From an uncultured Actinomycetes bacterium (GTDB lineage Bacteria > Actinomycetota > Thermoleophilia > UBA2241), in NCBI GenBank assembly GCA_963725665.1, contig CAVRZA010000001.1, positions 160,001 to 224,000 of the forward strand: DNA of 64,000 nucleotides, written 5' to 3'. Below, one piece after another: positions 1 to 10,456 of this stretch (position 1 is its first letter; the number at the start of each line of letters is the position of its first letter). The position numbers were made by a program, and so were the translations under genes. The notes beneath the pieces are model-generated. The model did no database searches, was not told the DNA's origin, and saw only the letters and a program-made list of their open reading frames with translations.

Positions 1-52
1 CAAGGCGACGCTGGTCTGACGGGGGTTTGGGGGCCGACGGCCATGCCAACCG

Positions 53-1246
53 TCAGAATCTGGGCAGGATCTTGTAGACGGTGCCGCCGAGCGTCACCAC
101 GTAGAGCTCACCGCCGGCGTCCTGCCCGAACGACGATATGCCCGTGACCTTCTGGCTGATGGCCGTGCTCGTGGGCCTGCCGTCGGGGCCACGCATCTTC
201 CAGATGCGGCCCGTCGCGTAGTCGCCGTACAGGTAATAGCCGCGCAGGTAAGGGATGAGCGAGCCGCGGTACACGTAGCCGCCGGTCACCGCCTCACCGA
301 AGGTGTGGGAGTACTCGGCGACAGGGAACCTGAGCCGCGATCGGTCGATGGGCTGAGGCTTGTACACGTGCGAGCCCTCGTAGTAGCTCCAGCCGAAGTT
401 CACCCCCGGCGTGGCACCCGCGCGCAGGTAGTCGATCTCCTCCCAGCGATTCTGGCCGACGTCGCCGATCCACAGGTTGCCCTTGGTGCGGTCGAACGAG
501 AAGCGCCAGGGATTGCGCACACCGTACGCGTACATGATGGTGCGTACGGGGCTCACGTCGACGTTCATGCGCAGGATCTTGCCGAGCCTGCTCTTCCTGT
601 TCTGGGCACGTAGCTGCGGGTCGCCGGCGCTGCCCCCGTCGCCAAGGCCGATGTAGAGACGGCCGTTGGGTCCGAACTGCAACTGGCCGCCGTTGTGGTT
701 GGCGTACGGCTGCGCGACCTTGAGCAGCACGCGGCGAGTGCTCGGGTCGGCGCGGTCGGGATCGGTGGCGCTGACCTTGTACTCCACGACCCTGGTGTCG
801 CCCGCCAGGTTGGTGTAGTCGACGAAGAAGCGGCCGTTGGCGGCGTAGTCCGGATGGAACGCCATGGAGAGCAGCCCCTGCTCGCCGCCGGTCGAGACTT
901 GGCCGCCCAGGTCGAGGAAGGGTGTGGCGAGCAGTGCGCCGTCCTTGAAGATGAGGATACGACCGCCCTTCTCGACGATGAACAGACGCAGGGCGTCACC
1001 CGGCGGTGCGGTCACGTAGACGGGCTGGCTGAGGCCGGTGACCAGGGCGTGCAGCCTGATGCTGGTCGGCGTCGGAGAGGGAGACGGGCTGGGCGAGGGG
1101 GCAAGCGATGGAACCGCCGGCGAGGGCGACGGGCTCGCGGTGATACCATCGGCGCCCGCCGGGAAGGTCTCGAGGACGACGAGTGCGAGCACCGTCCCCA
1201 GCACCGCTGTGACGACGACTGCGAGCAGTGCCGGCCGTGCGCCCAT
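53..1246 (-). CDS. Secreted PQQ-dependent sugar dehydrogenase (glucose/sorbosone dehydrogenase family)
   Basis: Signal peptide and Ser/Pro linker; motifs EQGLLSMAFHP, NHNGGQLQFGP, LYIGLGDGG, GVRNPWRFSFD, DVGQNRWEEI. Confidence 0.92.
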   Translation of the reverse strand: MGARPALLAVVVTAVLGTVLALVVLETFPAGADGITASPSPSPAVPSLAPSPSPSPSPTPTSIRLHALVTGLSQPVYVTAPPGDALRLFIVEKGGRILIFKDGALLATPFLDLGGQVSTGGEQGLLSMAFHPDYAANGRFFVDYTNLAGDTRVVEYKVSATDPDRADPSTRRVLLKVAQPYANHNGGQLQFGPNGRLYIGLGDGGSAGDPQLRAQNRKSRLGKILRMNVDVSPVRTIMYAYGVRNPWRFSFDRTKGNLWIGDVGQNRWEEIDYLRAGATPGVNFGWSYYEGSHVYKPQPIDRSRLRFPVAEYSHTFGEAVTGGYVYRGSLIPYLRGYYLYGDYATGRIWKMRGPDGRPTSTAISQKVTGISSFGQDAGGELYVVTLGGTVYKILPRF

Positions 1247-1334
1247 GCCCGCGTCTTGCCCCGCCGAGCGCGCGGCCTAACGTCCCGGGCCAGGAAAGGA
1301 GGCTGCCGGCAGACCGACTGGGAAGCCGTCGCGG

Positions 1335-2237
1335 TGGCCCAACCAGTGCCTCGACCAGATCAAGTCGCGCGGCGTGTGCGACGAAGCGTGCTTCCCGCAC
1401 GCCACGGCGTTTCCGAACAACGACATCTGGTCCGGTCCGCCGGTGTGCAAGCTGTGTCCGAACCGCAACGCGCGGGCGGTCAAGATCACCAACCGGGTCC
1501 AGCTCGCTGATCCCACCGCCGCGAAGAACCACCTCAGCTCGATTGGACCCGTCGCGGGCTGCATCGATGTCTACCAGGACTTCTTCAGCTACGGCGGCGG
1601 CGTCTACCATCACGTCAGCGGCGGACTTGCCGGCGGGCACTGCATGGAGGTCATCGGCTACTCGGAGGCCGAGCAGTGCTGGATCGTGGAGAACTCCTGG
1701 GACACGACCTGGGGCGCGGGCGGCTTCGCGAAGATCGCCTACGACGACTTCAAGTTCAACGGTCAGTTCTATCCCATGAACGGCGCCACTGGGGTCGTGC
1801 TGCCGGCCACCGGCTTCCAGTCGCTCGGCGGCAAGCTCGGGTCCCGAGTCGCCGCAGGACGGAACAAGGACGGCCGCCTGGAGGTCTTCGCCCTCGGCAT
1901 GGACAACGCTCTGTGGCACATGTGGCAGGTCGCACCGAATGGCGGGTGGTCGGGCTGGGCCTCCCTCGGCGGAGCCCTCGCCGGCGACCCCTCCGTCGTC
2001 TCAAACGCGGACGGCCGTCTCGAGGTCTTCGCACGCGGGGCGAACAACGCGCTGCTTCACATCTGGCAGACGGCCCCCAACAACGGTTGGTCCACCTGGG
2101 CGTCGCTCGGTGGCGTCATCACGAGCAACCCGGGCTGTGGCCGCAACAAGGACGGTCGTGTCGAGGTCTTCGCGCGCGGTGCTGCGCTCAACCTCATCCA
2201 CACGTGGCAGACTGCTCCCAACAACGGCTGGAACTGA
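1335..2237 (+). pseudogene. 5'-truncated papain-like (C1A) cysteine peptidase fused to three PLL-like lectin beta-propeller repeats
   Basis: Frame reads [21 protein letters not shown]...[10 protein letters not shown]...WIVENSW (catalytic His and Asn present). No QxxCGSCW nucleophile region before the in-frame TAA at 1278-1280. C-terminus has three SLGG...NxDGRxEVFAxG...WQxAPN repeats. Confidence 0.75.
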
Positions 2238-2252
2238 ACATGACGGAGTCCA

Positions 2253-2288
2253 GGCGCCCCCTCCGGCCCACGCGTCGGAGGGGGCGCC
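2253..2288 (+). terminator. GC-rich stem-loop downstream of the peptidase-lectin gene
   Basis: 13-bp inverted repeat ggcgccccctccg / cggagggggcgcc; no U-tract. Confidence 0.5.
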
Positions 2289-2388
2289 CCGGGCGGAACG
2301 GGGATCGGTGCGGCCGAGGCTCGACTCTCGCTGGCGCGACGAGCGAGCGGGTGTCGCGCCACTCCCTGGATAAGATAGGAGGGCGAGA

Positions 2389-2693
2389 TTGCCGACAGCG
2401 AACGAAGATCGACTGACGGGCCGTGTGGGTTTGCCCATCCGCATCCTCCTCGAGTCCACGCCCGGCACGGGCGCGATCTGGTACCCCTCGTTGGCGCCAC
2501 CCGGGACTACGATCGACAGCCTCGACTCGATCCCCATCAGCCCGGGAATAGCGGCTCAGTGCACCAGGTCTTCCTGTTCCAGGCGGACGTGCCCGGCACC
2601 TACACGCTCGACTTCCAGTTGAAGCGCGAGTGGGAACCCGTCGTTCGGGGGGAACGACACGTTGTCATCCGGATTGACCCCGCGACCCCGTGA
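2389..2693 (+). pseudogene. Chagasin-like (I42) cysteine protease inhibitor with a 1-nt frameshift near 2551
   Basis: RBS aggaggg then TTG. Reads ILLESTPGTGAIW (cf. LxxNPTTGYxW); after the shift, GSVHQVFLFQADVPGTYTLDFQLKREWE (cf. G.GG...F.F.A...G...L.F...RPWE) to TGA at 2691-2693. Confidence 0.7.
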
Positions 2694-3087
2694 CGCGGTG
2701 AGCAAGAGTGGTCGCAGCCAGGTCCGCGCCTTGCATGAGGCCCGTTTGCTGGCCCCGCTCGGTGGGCGGAGAAGAGATGCGCCGACCCGTCGCTGTCAAC
2801 TAGGTTTAGATGCTTGGGAACACTAGGCAATAGCTTGCACCTTGCGGGGCAGAGTCAGAGCGGGCAGCCAGATGTCGATGAGGACTAGGTTTCTTTGCGG
2901 TCGCCAGCCGACTGACGGGCGGTGCCGGCTGGCGGCGAGGAGGCGCCGCACCCTTGAGCCGTCAGACGGGCACAGCGTCAGAAGCAGCGCACGAAGTTGC
3001 GCACGATGGTCGTGCAGAGAGGTACTGAGCCAGTCACGATCTCCACTCTCATCCGGCGCAGATACTGCTCGAAGCCGGGATTCTCGC
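2556..3087 (+). repeat. Degenerate direct repeat, copy 1 (segments 2556-2690 and 2874-3087)
   Basis: Aligns by eye with 12682-13025, e.g. tcagtgcaccaggtcttcctgttccag, gcacctacacgctcgacttccagttgaagcgcgagtgggaacccgtcgttcgg, gcagcgcacgaagttgcgcacgatggtcgtgcag. This copy has ~183 extra bp in the middle. Confidence 0.92.
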
Positions 3088-3700
3088 GACGCGCGTAGGC
3101 GAACCACTCCTCAATCAGCTCGTCGTCGACCTCGGGATGGAACTGCACCCCCCAGGCGCGCCGTCCGACCCTGAAGGCCTGCTGATCGCCGTTACGCCGG
3201 GCGAACAGCACGGCCTCCGAGGGAGCCTCGAAGGAGTCCGCATGCGACTGCAGCGTCGAGAAACGCCGCGGCAGCCCGGCGAAAAGCTCGTCATCGTCGG
3301 TGACGTCGATCGGCATCCAGCCCCGCTCGGGAGACTCGCGGTGGTACACGCGGCCCCCGGTGGCCGCAGCGAGCTGTTGCGCGCCGAGGCAGATGCCCAG
3401 CACCGGCACGTCGCGCTCGACCGCCTCATGCAGTATCCGGTGCTCGTCTGCAAGCCACGGGTACTTGTCATCGTCGTCGGTGTTCATGCCGCCACCCAGC
3501 AGCACGAGCCCGGACGACGACAGAAGCTCGGCGGACGTCGGCACAGGCTCACCCGCGCGGACGCGACGGACGACGTAACGAATCCCCTCGGCCTGTAGCA
3601 CCCTGCCGACGGTCCCGGGCAGGCCTTCGACCTCGTGTTGGAGGATGATGACCGGCCCGGAGTGGGTGGCGTCGCTTCGATCCACAGACATGCTAGTCAC
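2978..3700 (-). CDS. Type 1 glutamine amidotransferase-like protein
   Basis: PVLGICLGAQ nucleophile elbow and GVQFHPE His-Glu motif. Confidence 0.9.
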   Translation of the reverse strand: MTSMSVDRSDATHSGPVIILQHEVEGLPGTVGRVLQAEGIRYVVRRVRAGEPVPTSAELLSSSGLVLLGGGMNTDDDDKYPWLADEHRILHEAVERDVPVLGICLGAQQLAAATGGRVYHRESPERGWMPIDVTDDDELFAGLPRRFSTLQSHADSFEAPSEAVLFARRNGDQQAFRVGRRAWGVQFHPEVDDELIEEWFAYARRENPGFEQYLRRMRVEIVTGSVPLCTTIVRNFVRCF

Positions 3701-3757
3701 TATTCATGTACTGACGGAGGCTTTCGCCTCCTGTCGGGAAGAACCCTAGGCAGAACC

Positions 3758-4681
3758 TTACGAAATAGATAGGAATCGCCTGGGATTGTCGATCGTCATG
3801 ATGTCGACCACGTCTTGGGACAGACCGGAAGCGAGAAGCTTCGGCACAAAGACTTCTGTCAGGTACGTGAAGCCACGCCCGCCGAAGTAGCGAAGTTCAG
3901 GCATCTGGCCTACATCGTGAGATAGCAGCACCTGTCGCTCAAGGCCCTGCCCCGCAAGCTCCATGATGAGGTGCACGAGGCGGTCTTCGAGCTGCCCCAT
4001 CTGGAGCCCTATGTTGTCGAAAGCCACGTAGGCGCCGCGCCGCGCAATCGCCGTGCAGTACTCAAGATACGGCTGACTGTCGCAATGACCCACGCAGACC
4101 CGCTTAAGATCTACGCCTTCTTCCTCGAAGAGACCTAGCTGCTCTAGGCCGGCATCTGCAGACGTGGTATGCGTGGTGATCGGCAGGCCCGTGCGCACGT
4201 GAGCACGGGCGACTGCGCGATGGACGCGCTCTTCGAGGGGCGAAAGCCAGCCCTGGGCTGCTCCGATTTCGCCGATCACTCCTGGCCTGACCTCAGTCCC
4301 GTCCAAGCCGTGATCGATCTCCTCCACCAATTGCGCAGCGATTGAGGCGACAGAGCGTCTCGCTAGAACATCCTCGGGCGGATAGAAGGGCTCCATGTAC
4401 CAGCCACAGCCCATCACAATGAAGACTTCAGTTCTCTCAGCCAGCTGTCGCACGCGCAGCGGCTCTCGTCCGCAACCTCGCGGTGTCTGGTCCACCACGC
4501 AGCTGCCCCCGGCAGCCCGAAATGCTTGCAGTTCGCCCGCGAGTACTTCGTCGTCTGCCAGTTGCTGAAGAGAGCCATACCCATCGTTCTCCCACGCCGT
4601 GAGGAAGAGATGCTCGTGGGGGAGGGTGAATCCGATTTCCCGCGTATCGACCGGTCCCGTGACCGTCTGGACCTGACTCAT
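3758..4681 (-). CDS. Phosphotriesterase-family metallohydrolase (Php / PTE-like lactonase)
   Basis: VQTVTG, TLPHEHL, GVIGEIG, ITTHT, VGHCD, LLSHD, DNPRRFL. Confidence 0.92.
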   Translation of the reverse strand: MSQVQTVTGPVDTREIGFTLPHEHLFLTAWENDGYGSLQQLADDEVLAGELQAFRAAGGSCVVDQTPRGCGREPLRVRQLAERTEVFIVMGCGWYMEPFYPPEDVLARRSVASIAAQLVEEIDHGLDGTEVRPGVIGEIGAAQGWLSPLEERVHRAVARAHVRTGLPITTHTTSADAGLEQLGLFEEEGVDLKRVCVGHCDSQPYLEYCTAIARRGAYVAFDNIGLQMGQLEDRLVHLIMELAGQGLERQVLLSHDVGQMPELRYFGGRGFTYLTEVFVPKLLASGLSQDVVDIMTIDNPRRFLSIS

Positions 4682-5008
4682 TCTCTACGGGTCTCCGTCT
4701 GGGGCTCTTCGCTCACCAGAATGTTGTAAGGGGGCTAGTCCTCGTGGGAGAGTCTACATACTTTGACGGTCTTCGGTACGGGGCGGGTTCCGCCTCCGAT
4801 GTGCCAAGGACGCTTCCACAGGGCGGTCGGCAGGGGGTTACTCGCCGGATCGATTGATTTGTCCAAGAGCGCGAACGCCGCGGGCGCCATCGTTGTCACT
4901 CGCATCTCTTTTAGTGCGGCAATGCCGTCGGCTGAGGAGCTGAACTCCTTCCTGAGACGCGGCATCGTGATAGAACAGCCCAAGGGTAAGCCACAAAGGG
5001 AGTGAACC

Positions 5009-6667
5009 ATGTCAGAGAACGAGCACGATTTCCCGTTCGACTATCTCGGGAGGCCCTACACTCGTCGGCAAGTGCTCAAAGGGGCGCTGGTAGCCGGCGC
5101 AGGTGTAAGTCTGGGATCGCTTCTTGCGGCTTGTGGAGGCGGCACGACGACCACCACATCCGCCTCCTCCAGCGCCAGCCCCGGCTTCACCTCGGCGACT
5201 CCCAAGAAGGGCGGCACTCTCGTCTACGCCCGTCGTGCCGCCACTTTGACGCTCGACCCCCTGCAGAACCGCAACGGCAACGGCGACATCTTCGCGGCTG
5301 AGATCGTCTACAACGCTCTCGTCCGCCCCGACCCCAAGGGCTCCACCGCCCTCGTCGCCGGCCTTTCCGATCAGTGGACACTCTCCGCCGATCGCCTGGA
5401 CTACACCTTCCACATTCGGGACAACGCCCGCTTCTCCAACGGAGATCCCGTCACTGGCGACGACGTCAAGTTCTCTCTGGACCGTTTTGGCGACCCGAAG
5501 CTCAATGCCATCTACGGGGTGCTGGCCGTGGGCTACAAAGGCACCGAGGTGGTGGACAAGTCCACCGTCATCGTGCACCTAAGCAAGCCCGTATCGGCCT
5601 TCCTCTACAACATCAGCATCCTGCCGGCCTTCATCCTTCCTAAGAAGCTGGTCGAAGCGCAGGGCGAGAAGTTCTTCAAGAAGCCAGTCGGGACGGGGCC
5701 ATACGTCGTCAGCGAGTGGCTATCCGGTTCGCACATCACCTTCGTTCCCAACCAGTACTACTGGGAGTCCGGGAAGCCCTACCTCGACCAGATTCGTTTC
5801 GACTTCACCACCGACGACAACGCGCGGATGCTGGCGCTGCAGAGCGGGCAAGCGCAGGCAGCCGACGGGGTTCCCTTCTCGGAGATCAGCAGTCTGAAGA
5901 GCGACACCGCGGTCTACCTGCAGTTCACCACCGTGCCCTACTTCCAGGGGCTCTGGCTCAATCACAAACGGCCCCAGTTGGCCGACCTCAACGTGCGCCA
6001 GGCATTGCAGTATGCGGTTGACAAGGAGGCCATCAACAAGACGGTGTACGCCGGCACGGGGACCATCCCGAACAGTGTCTTGCCGGCGCTGCGTTATGAC
6101 GCCTCGCCGCAGCAGGTGCAGCCTTACCCCTACGATCTCACGAAGGCGAAGCAGTTGATGGCGCAGTCGGGGTACCCCAACGGCTTCAAGACGACGCTGC
6201 AGTACCCGTCTGGATTTGCCTACTACAATCGCTTGGCGCTCATCCTTCAGGCCGCGTGGCAGCAGATTGGCGTCAACGTCAAACTGATCCAGCAGGACCA
6301 GGGGACGACCTCGCAGCGCTTCTACCAGATGGACTACGACCTGACGTTCCCTTACGCCCAGTTCACAAGTGACGTGGTCGTACCGGACGAGTACATCTCC
6401 TTCATCTGTGATCCCACGAGTGGCACGAACGGCTTCTTCACTGGCTGGCACGACGATGCCATCTGGAAGAAGGTCCAGGAGTTCGAGAGTGCCGATGAGG
6501 CGGCGAGGGCGACTCTTTGGCCGCAGATACAGAAGGCCATGATGGAACAGACGCCTGTGGTCAACATCATGAATCTGCCTTTCATCCAGGCCTACGGGTC
6601 TAACGTCCGAGACCCGTACATCAATGCGCTCGGTGCTAACCGGCTCGAGGACACCTGGCTCGCTTAA
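5009..6667 (+). CDS. ABC transporter substrate-binding lipoprotein (family 5), probable Tat substrate
   Basis: TRRQVLK twin-arginine motif, LAAC lipobox, TLDP, FSNGDPVTGDDVKFSL, PVGTGPY, VRQALQYAVD. Confidence 0.93.
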   Translation: MSENEHDFPFDYLGRPYTRRQVLKGALVAGAGVSLGSLLAACGGGTTTTTSASSSASPGFTSATPKKGGTLVYARRAATLTLDPLQNRNGNGDIFAAEIVYNALVRPDPKGSTALVAGLSDQWTLSADRLDYTFHIRDNARFSNGDPVTGDDVKFSLDRFGDPKLNAIYGVLAVGYKGTEVVDKSTVIVHLSKPVSAFLYNISILPAFILPKKLVEAQGEKFFKKPVGTGPYVVSEWLSGSHITFVPNQYYWESGKPYLDQIRFDFTTDDNARMLALQSGQAQAADGVPFSEISSLKSDTAVYLQFTTVPYFQGLWLNHKRPQLADLNVRQALQYAVDKEAINKTVYAGTGTIPNSVLPALRYDASPQQVQPYPYDLTKAKQLMAQSGYPNGFKTTLQYPSGFAYYNRLALILQAAWQQIGVNVKLIQQDQGTTSQRFYQMDYDLTFPYAQFTSDVVVPDEYISFICDPTSGTNGFFTGWHDDAIWKKVQEFESADEAARATLWPQIQKAMMEQTPVVNIMNLPFIQAYGSNVRDPYINALGANRLEDTWLA

Positions 6668-6704
6668 GGACTGAGAGGCTTCGCCCGCTGGCTTCGGAGA
6701 ACAC

Positions 6705-7644
6705 GTGGCCTGGTATTTTCTGCGTCGGCTGATCGCGGCCGTGCCGGTCCTCATCGGCCTGTCGATCGCGGCCTTCCTGATCATCCATCTCGTGCCGGGT
6801 GATCCTGTGCAGCAGATGTTGGGCGCCCACGCCACTCCGGAAACGGTCGCTGTGGTGCGTCAGCAGCTCGGCCTCGATCGCCCCCTGCCGGAGCAGTACG
6901 CCAAGTTCGTGTCAGGCGCGGTCGTGGGCAACTTCGGTGAGTCGATCACCATGAGCCAGCCCGTCAGCACACTCATTGGGCAACGATCGTTCGCGACGTT
7001 CTGGTTGCTCCTCTATGGAGTGTTCGTCGCGCTGGTCATAGCCGTCCCCCTCGCCGTCTGGTCGGCGGTGCGGCGCGACAGGTGGGCAGACCAGGCAATT
7101 CGTCTCTTCAGCACCACCGCCTTCGGCATGCCCACCTTCTGGCTGGGGCTCGTTCTCGCCCTCATCTTCGGGCTCGAGTTGGACTGGCTGCCGGTGGGCG
7201 GCTACACCAATTCGTTTCCGGGGCTCTTCTACAGTCTCACCCTCCCGGCCATCACGCTGGGACTGTCCTTGACCGCCATCATCATCCGGACCTTGCGCTC
7301 AAGCCTGCTCGAATCACTGTCCAGCGATTACGTGGAAGCCGCTCGCGCTCGCGGTCTTTCGGAGCGGCGTGTTGTGCTGCGCTACGGGCTTCGGAACTCG
7401 TTGGGCGCGATGGTGACCGTCGTCGCCGTCAACATCGGCTACTTGATCGGCGGCACTGTCGTCATCGAGACCGTCTTCCAGATTCCGGGCCTCGGCTCCC
7501 TCCTGGTCCAGTCGGCGCTACAACGCGACTACACGCTCGTCACCGCCCTGACTCTTGTCGCGGGTGTCGCAGTCGTTGCGATCAGCCTTCGTTACCGATC
7601 TCATCTACGCCTTCCTCGACCCCAGAGTAAGGCTCAGCGGATGA
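6705..7644 (+). CDS. Opp/DppB-type ABC permease (1-nt insertion near 7590 makes it appear fused to the next gene)
   Basis: LVPGDP, GLDRPLPEQY, DYVEAARARGLS. The canonical end TDLIYAFLDPRVR-TGA lies in the shifted frame and stops at 7644. Confidence 0.85.
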
Positions 7645-8510
7645 CTGAGGTGCAAACGACAGTCAGGGCGCTTCCCGGCAGCTTTCGCATGGGCCGACTC
7701 GTTCAATCGACGGGTCTTTCGGCAACCATCGGCGGCCTTCTGCTGGTCATCATCGTGGCGGCTGCCCTCCTGGCGCCGGTGATCGCACCCTACCCACCGA
7801 ACAAACTGGACGTCCTGCACACACTGCAGGCCCCTTCCTGGGCCCATCTCATGGGCACCGACGACGTGGGCCGAGACGTCTTCTCGCGCGTCCTCTACGG
7901 GGTCCGTTTGGACCTGCTGGTGGTGCTCCTGGTGACGTATCTGCCGCTGCCGATCGGTGTGCTGCTTGGCGCGATTGCTGGCTATTTCCGCGGCCCTACC
8001 GACACCGTCATCAGCCGTCTGGTCGACGTTGTCATCGCATTCCCGTTCCTCGTCCTGGTGATAGCGGTCGTAGCAATCACGGGGCCCGGCCTTTGGGGTG
8101 CGGCAGTAGGTATCATCGTGGGTGGCTGGGCGATGTACGCGCGGCTGGCTCGCGGCGAGATGCTGGTCCTGCGAGAACAGCAATTCATGCTCGCGGCACG
8201 GTCGCTGGGCTACTCTCACACCCGGTCTATCGTGCGCCACGCCCTGCCCAACCTGCTTCGCTCAAGCATCGTCTTCTCCGCCGCTGACATTGTCATCAAT
8301 CTGCTGCTACTCGCCGGGCTCTCGTTCCTTGGCCTCGGTGTGCAGCCCCCGACGGCTGAGCTGGGGGCCATCGTCGCGTCGGGGCAGCCCTATCTGCTCA
8401 CCGCGTGGTGGATCGCGACTCTGCCTGGCCTTGTGCTGGTCCTCATTGGGCTTGCTGTCAGCATGGTGGGCGACGCGATCGGCGATCGCTGGGGTATGGG
8501 TAATGGCTGA
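7641..8510 (+). CDS. Opp/DppC-type ABC permease
   Basis: ATG overlaps the upstream TGA (ATGA); HLMGTDDVGRDVFSRVLYG, AARSLG, RHALPN, LSFLGLGVQPP. Confidence 0.88.
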   Translation: MTEVQTTVRALPGSFRMGRLVQSTGLSATIGGLLLVIIVAAALLAPVIAPYPPNKLDVLHTLQAPSWAHLMGTDDVGRDVFSRVLYGVRLDLLVVLLVTYLPLPIGVLLGAIAGYFRGPTDTVISRLVDVVIAFPFLVLVIAVVAITGPGLWGAAVGIIVGGWAMYARLARGEMLVLREQQFMLAARSLGYSHTRSIVRHALPNLLRSSIVFSAADIVINLLLLAGLSFLGLGVQPPTAELGAIVASGQPYLLTAWWIATLPGLVLVLIGLAVSMVGDAIGDRWGMGNG

Positions 8511-9519
8511 GCCTCTCCAGTCGCCTTCAGAGGCCGTACTTCTCGAGATCCGTGGCCTGCGCGTCTCCTTCAACCCCGGCGAGAGCCGCGTTGTCGCAGT
8601 CCACGACGTCGATCTGACCGTTGCTGCCGGCAAGACCTTGGGTCTTGTCGGGGAGTCCGGGTCGGGCAAGACAATGACTCTGCGCTCCGTCATCCGTCTC
8701 CTGCCGCGCGCGGCTGTCGTTGAGAGCGGTGAAGTGCTGTTCGAGGGGGTGGATGTCTTCGGTCTGCGCAGGGAGGATTTGCGGGAGCTTCGGGCGCGGG
8801 GGATCGGAACCGTATTTCAGGATCCGTACAGTTCGCTAAACCCAGTGGCGCGCATCGGAGAGCAGCTGGCAGAAGCGCTTCGCGTCAACCTTGGGCTGAC
8901 GCAACGAGAGGCCGAGCTACGAGCTATCGAGGCTTTGCGTCACGTGGGCATCCCTCAGGCAGAAAAGCGCTTCCGCTCCTACCCTCATGAACTGAGCGGA
9001 GGGATGCGTCAGAGGGTGATGTTTGCCATCGCCACGGCCGCTCGCCCTCGTCTGCTGCTTGCGGACGAACCAACGACTGCTCTCGATGTGACTACCCAGG
9101 CACAGATCCTCGCGCTTCTGGCCCGCCTGCGTGAGGAGACCGGCATGGCGACTGTGCTTGTGTCGCACGATTTCGGGGTTATTGCCCAAGCGTGCGACAC
9201 GGTCGCGGTCATGTACGCAGGCTACATAGTCGAGCGTGCACCCATTCGCGAGGCCTACCGGCGTCCCCATCATCCCTACACCCGGGGACTACTAGATTCG
9301 ATCCCGAGCATCATCCCGCCCTCCGGAGCTGAAGACGCTCGCCTCAGCACCATTCCGGGACAGCCCCCTGACCTGGCAGCCCTGCCTTCAGGCTGTCCCT
9401 TCCAGCCCCGTTGCCCTCATGCTCGTCCCGAATGCGAGGGAGTGGACATGAGACTCGAGCGCGTCGACGGCGACCACTTCACCGCCTGCCCCTTTGTCAG
9501 GAGTTGGGATGCCACCTGA
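8503..9519 (+). CDS. Opp/DppD-type ABC ATPase
   Basis: GESGSGKT, FQDPYSSLNP, LSGGMRQR, ADEPTTALD, HPYTRGLL, GCPFQPRC. Confidence 0.93.
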   Translation: MAEPLQSPSEAVLLEIRGLRVSFNPGESRVVAVHDVDLTVAAGKTLGLVGESGSGKTMTLRSVIRLLPRAAVVESGEVLFEGVDVFGLRREDLRELRARGIGTVFQDPYSSLNPVARIGEQLAEALRVNLGLTQREAELRAIEALRHVGIPQAEKRFRSYPHELSGGMRQRVMFAIATAARPRLLLADEPTTALDVTTQAQILALLARLREETGMATVLVSHDFGVIAQACDTVAVMYAGYIVERAPIREAYRRPHHPYTRGLLDSIPSIIPPSGAEDARLSTIPGQPPDLAALPSGCPFQPRCPHARPECEGVDMRLERVDGDHFTACPFVRSWDAT

Positions 9520-10456
9520 AGGCAGCGCAGAACCTCGTTTCGACGGGCCACGCGAAGAGCGGGGACCGTTGCTCGTGGTCAAGGGTCTGCGCAAGGAGTT
9601 CCTGCTGCGGCGGTCGGTAGGCGACTGGATCAAGCGAGCGCAGGCCGAGCGAGTGGCGGCAGTGCAGGATTTCTCGTTTGCCCTGCGGCGGGGTGAGACC
9701 CTGGGCATCGCCGGGGAGTCGGGCAGCGGCAAGACAACCGCAGTCCGCTGCCTCATCCGCCTGGTGGAACCCGATGCCGGCGAGATCTCTTTTGACGGCA
9801 TCGATGTGCGCACCGCCTCGGGCAGCGCATTGCGAGACGTGAGGCGCAGGATGCAGATGGTCTTTCAGGATCCCTACGCCTCCCTGAACCCACGTATGCG
9901 CGTCGGTGATGCGATAGTGGAAGCGGGGCGAGTGCACCATCGCCCTGGGAGCGAGGACACAAAGGCATTCCAGACAAGCCTGCTCGAGCTGGTCAACCTA
10001 CCATCGAGTGTCGCACAGAAACGTCCGCGCGAGCTGAGCGGCGGGCAGCGGCAGCGCATAGCCATAGCGCGAGCGCTTGCCGTCGGACCCGAGATACTGA
10101 TCGCGGACGAGGCTCTGAGCGCGCTCGACGTATCGGTCCAGGCGCAGTTGCTGAACCTCTTCCAGGACCTCAAGTCCGAGCTCGGCCTGACCATGATCTT
10201 CGTTGCGCACCAGCTCTCGATAATCGCCCAGACTGCTGATCAAGTGGCGATCATGTACCGGGGGGAAGTGGTCGAGCAGGGATCGGTCGGCGACATCTTC
10301 CGCGACCCTCAGCATCCCTACACGAGGTCGCTTCTGGCAGCCCACCCCCAGCCCGATCCCGACAAGCGACTTGCCGTTCGATTCGAGGACGACTGGACGA
10401 GACCGGCTTGGAAATTAGAGAAGACAAACGGCGCGAATGGCGGAGGCCTGCAGTGA
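9509..10456 (+). CDS. Opp/DppF-type ABC ATPase
   Basis: GESGSGKT, FQDPYASLNPR, LSGGQRQR, HPYTRSLL; RBS aggag before ATG at 9509. Confidence 0.92.
   Translation: MPPEGSAEPRFDGPREERGPLLVVKGLRKEFLLRRSVGDWIKRAQAERVAAVQDFSFALRRGETLGIAGESGSGKTTAVRCLIRLVEPDAGEISFDGIDVRTASGSALRDVRRRMQMVFQDPYASLNPRMRVGDAIVEAGRVHHRPGSEDTKAFQTSLLELVNLPSSVAQKRPRELSGGQRQRIAIARALAVGPEILIADEALSALDVSVQAQLLNLFQDLKSELGLTMIFVAHQLSIIAQTADQVAIMYRGEVVEQGSVGDIFRDPQHPYTRSLLAAHPQPDPDKRLAVRFEDDWTRPAWKLEKTNGANGGGLQ

Noticed and set aside
4735-5010. Small ORFs or a riboswitch in the divergent intergenic region of the island
   Set aside because: No recognisable motifs, codon bias or conserved RNA consensus; most likely promoter DNA
6705-8510. 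Apparent OppB-OppC fusion (601 aa)
   Set aside because: A single extra base near 7590 explains it. The normal OppB end (LDPRVR-stop) and an ATGA-coupled OppC start are both present
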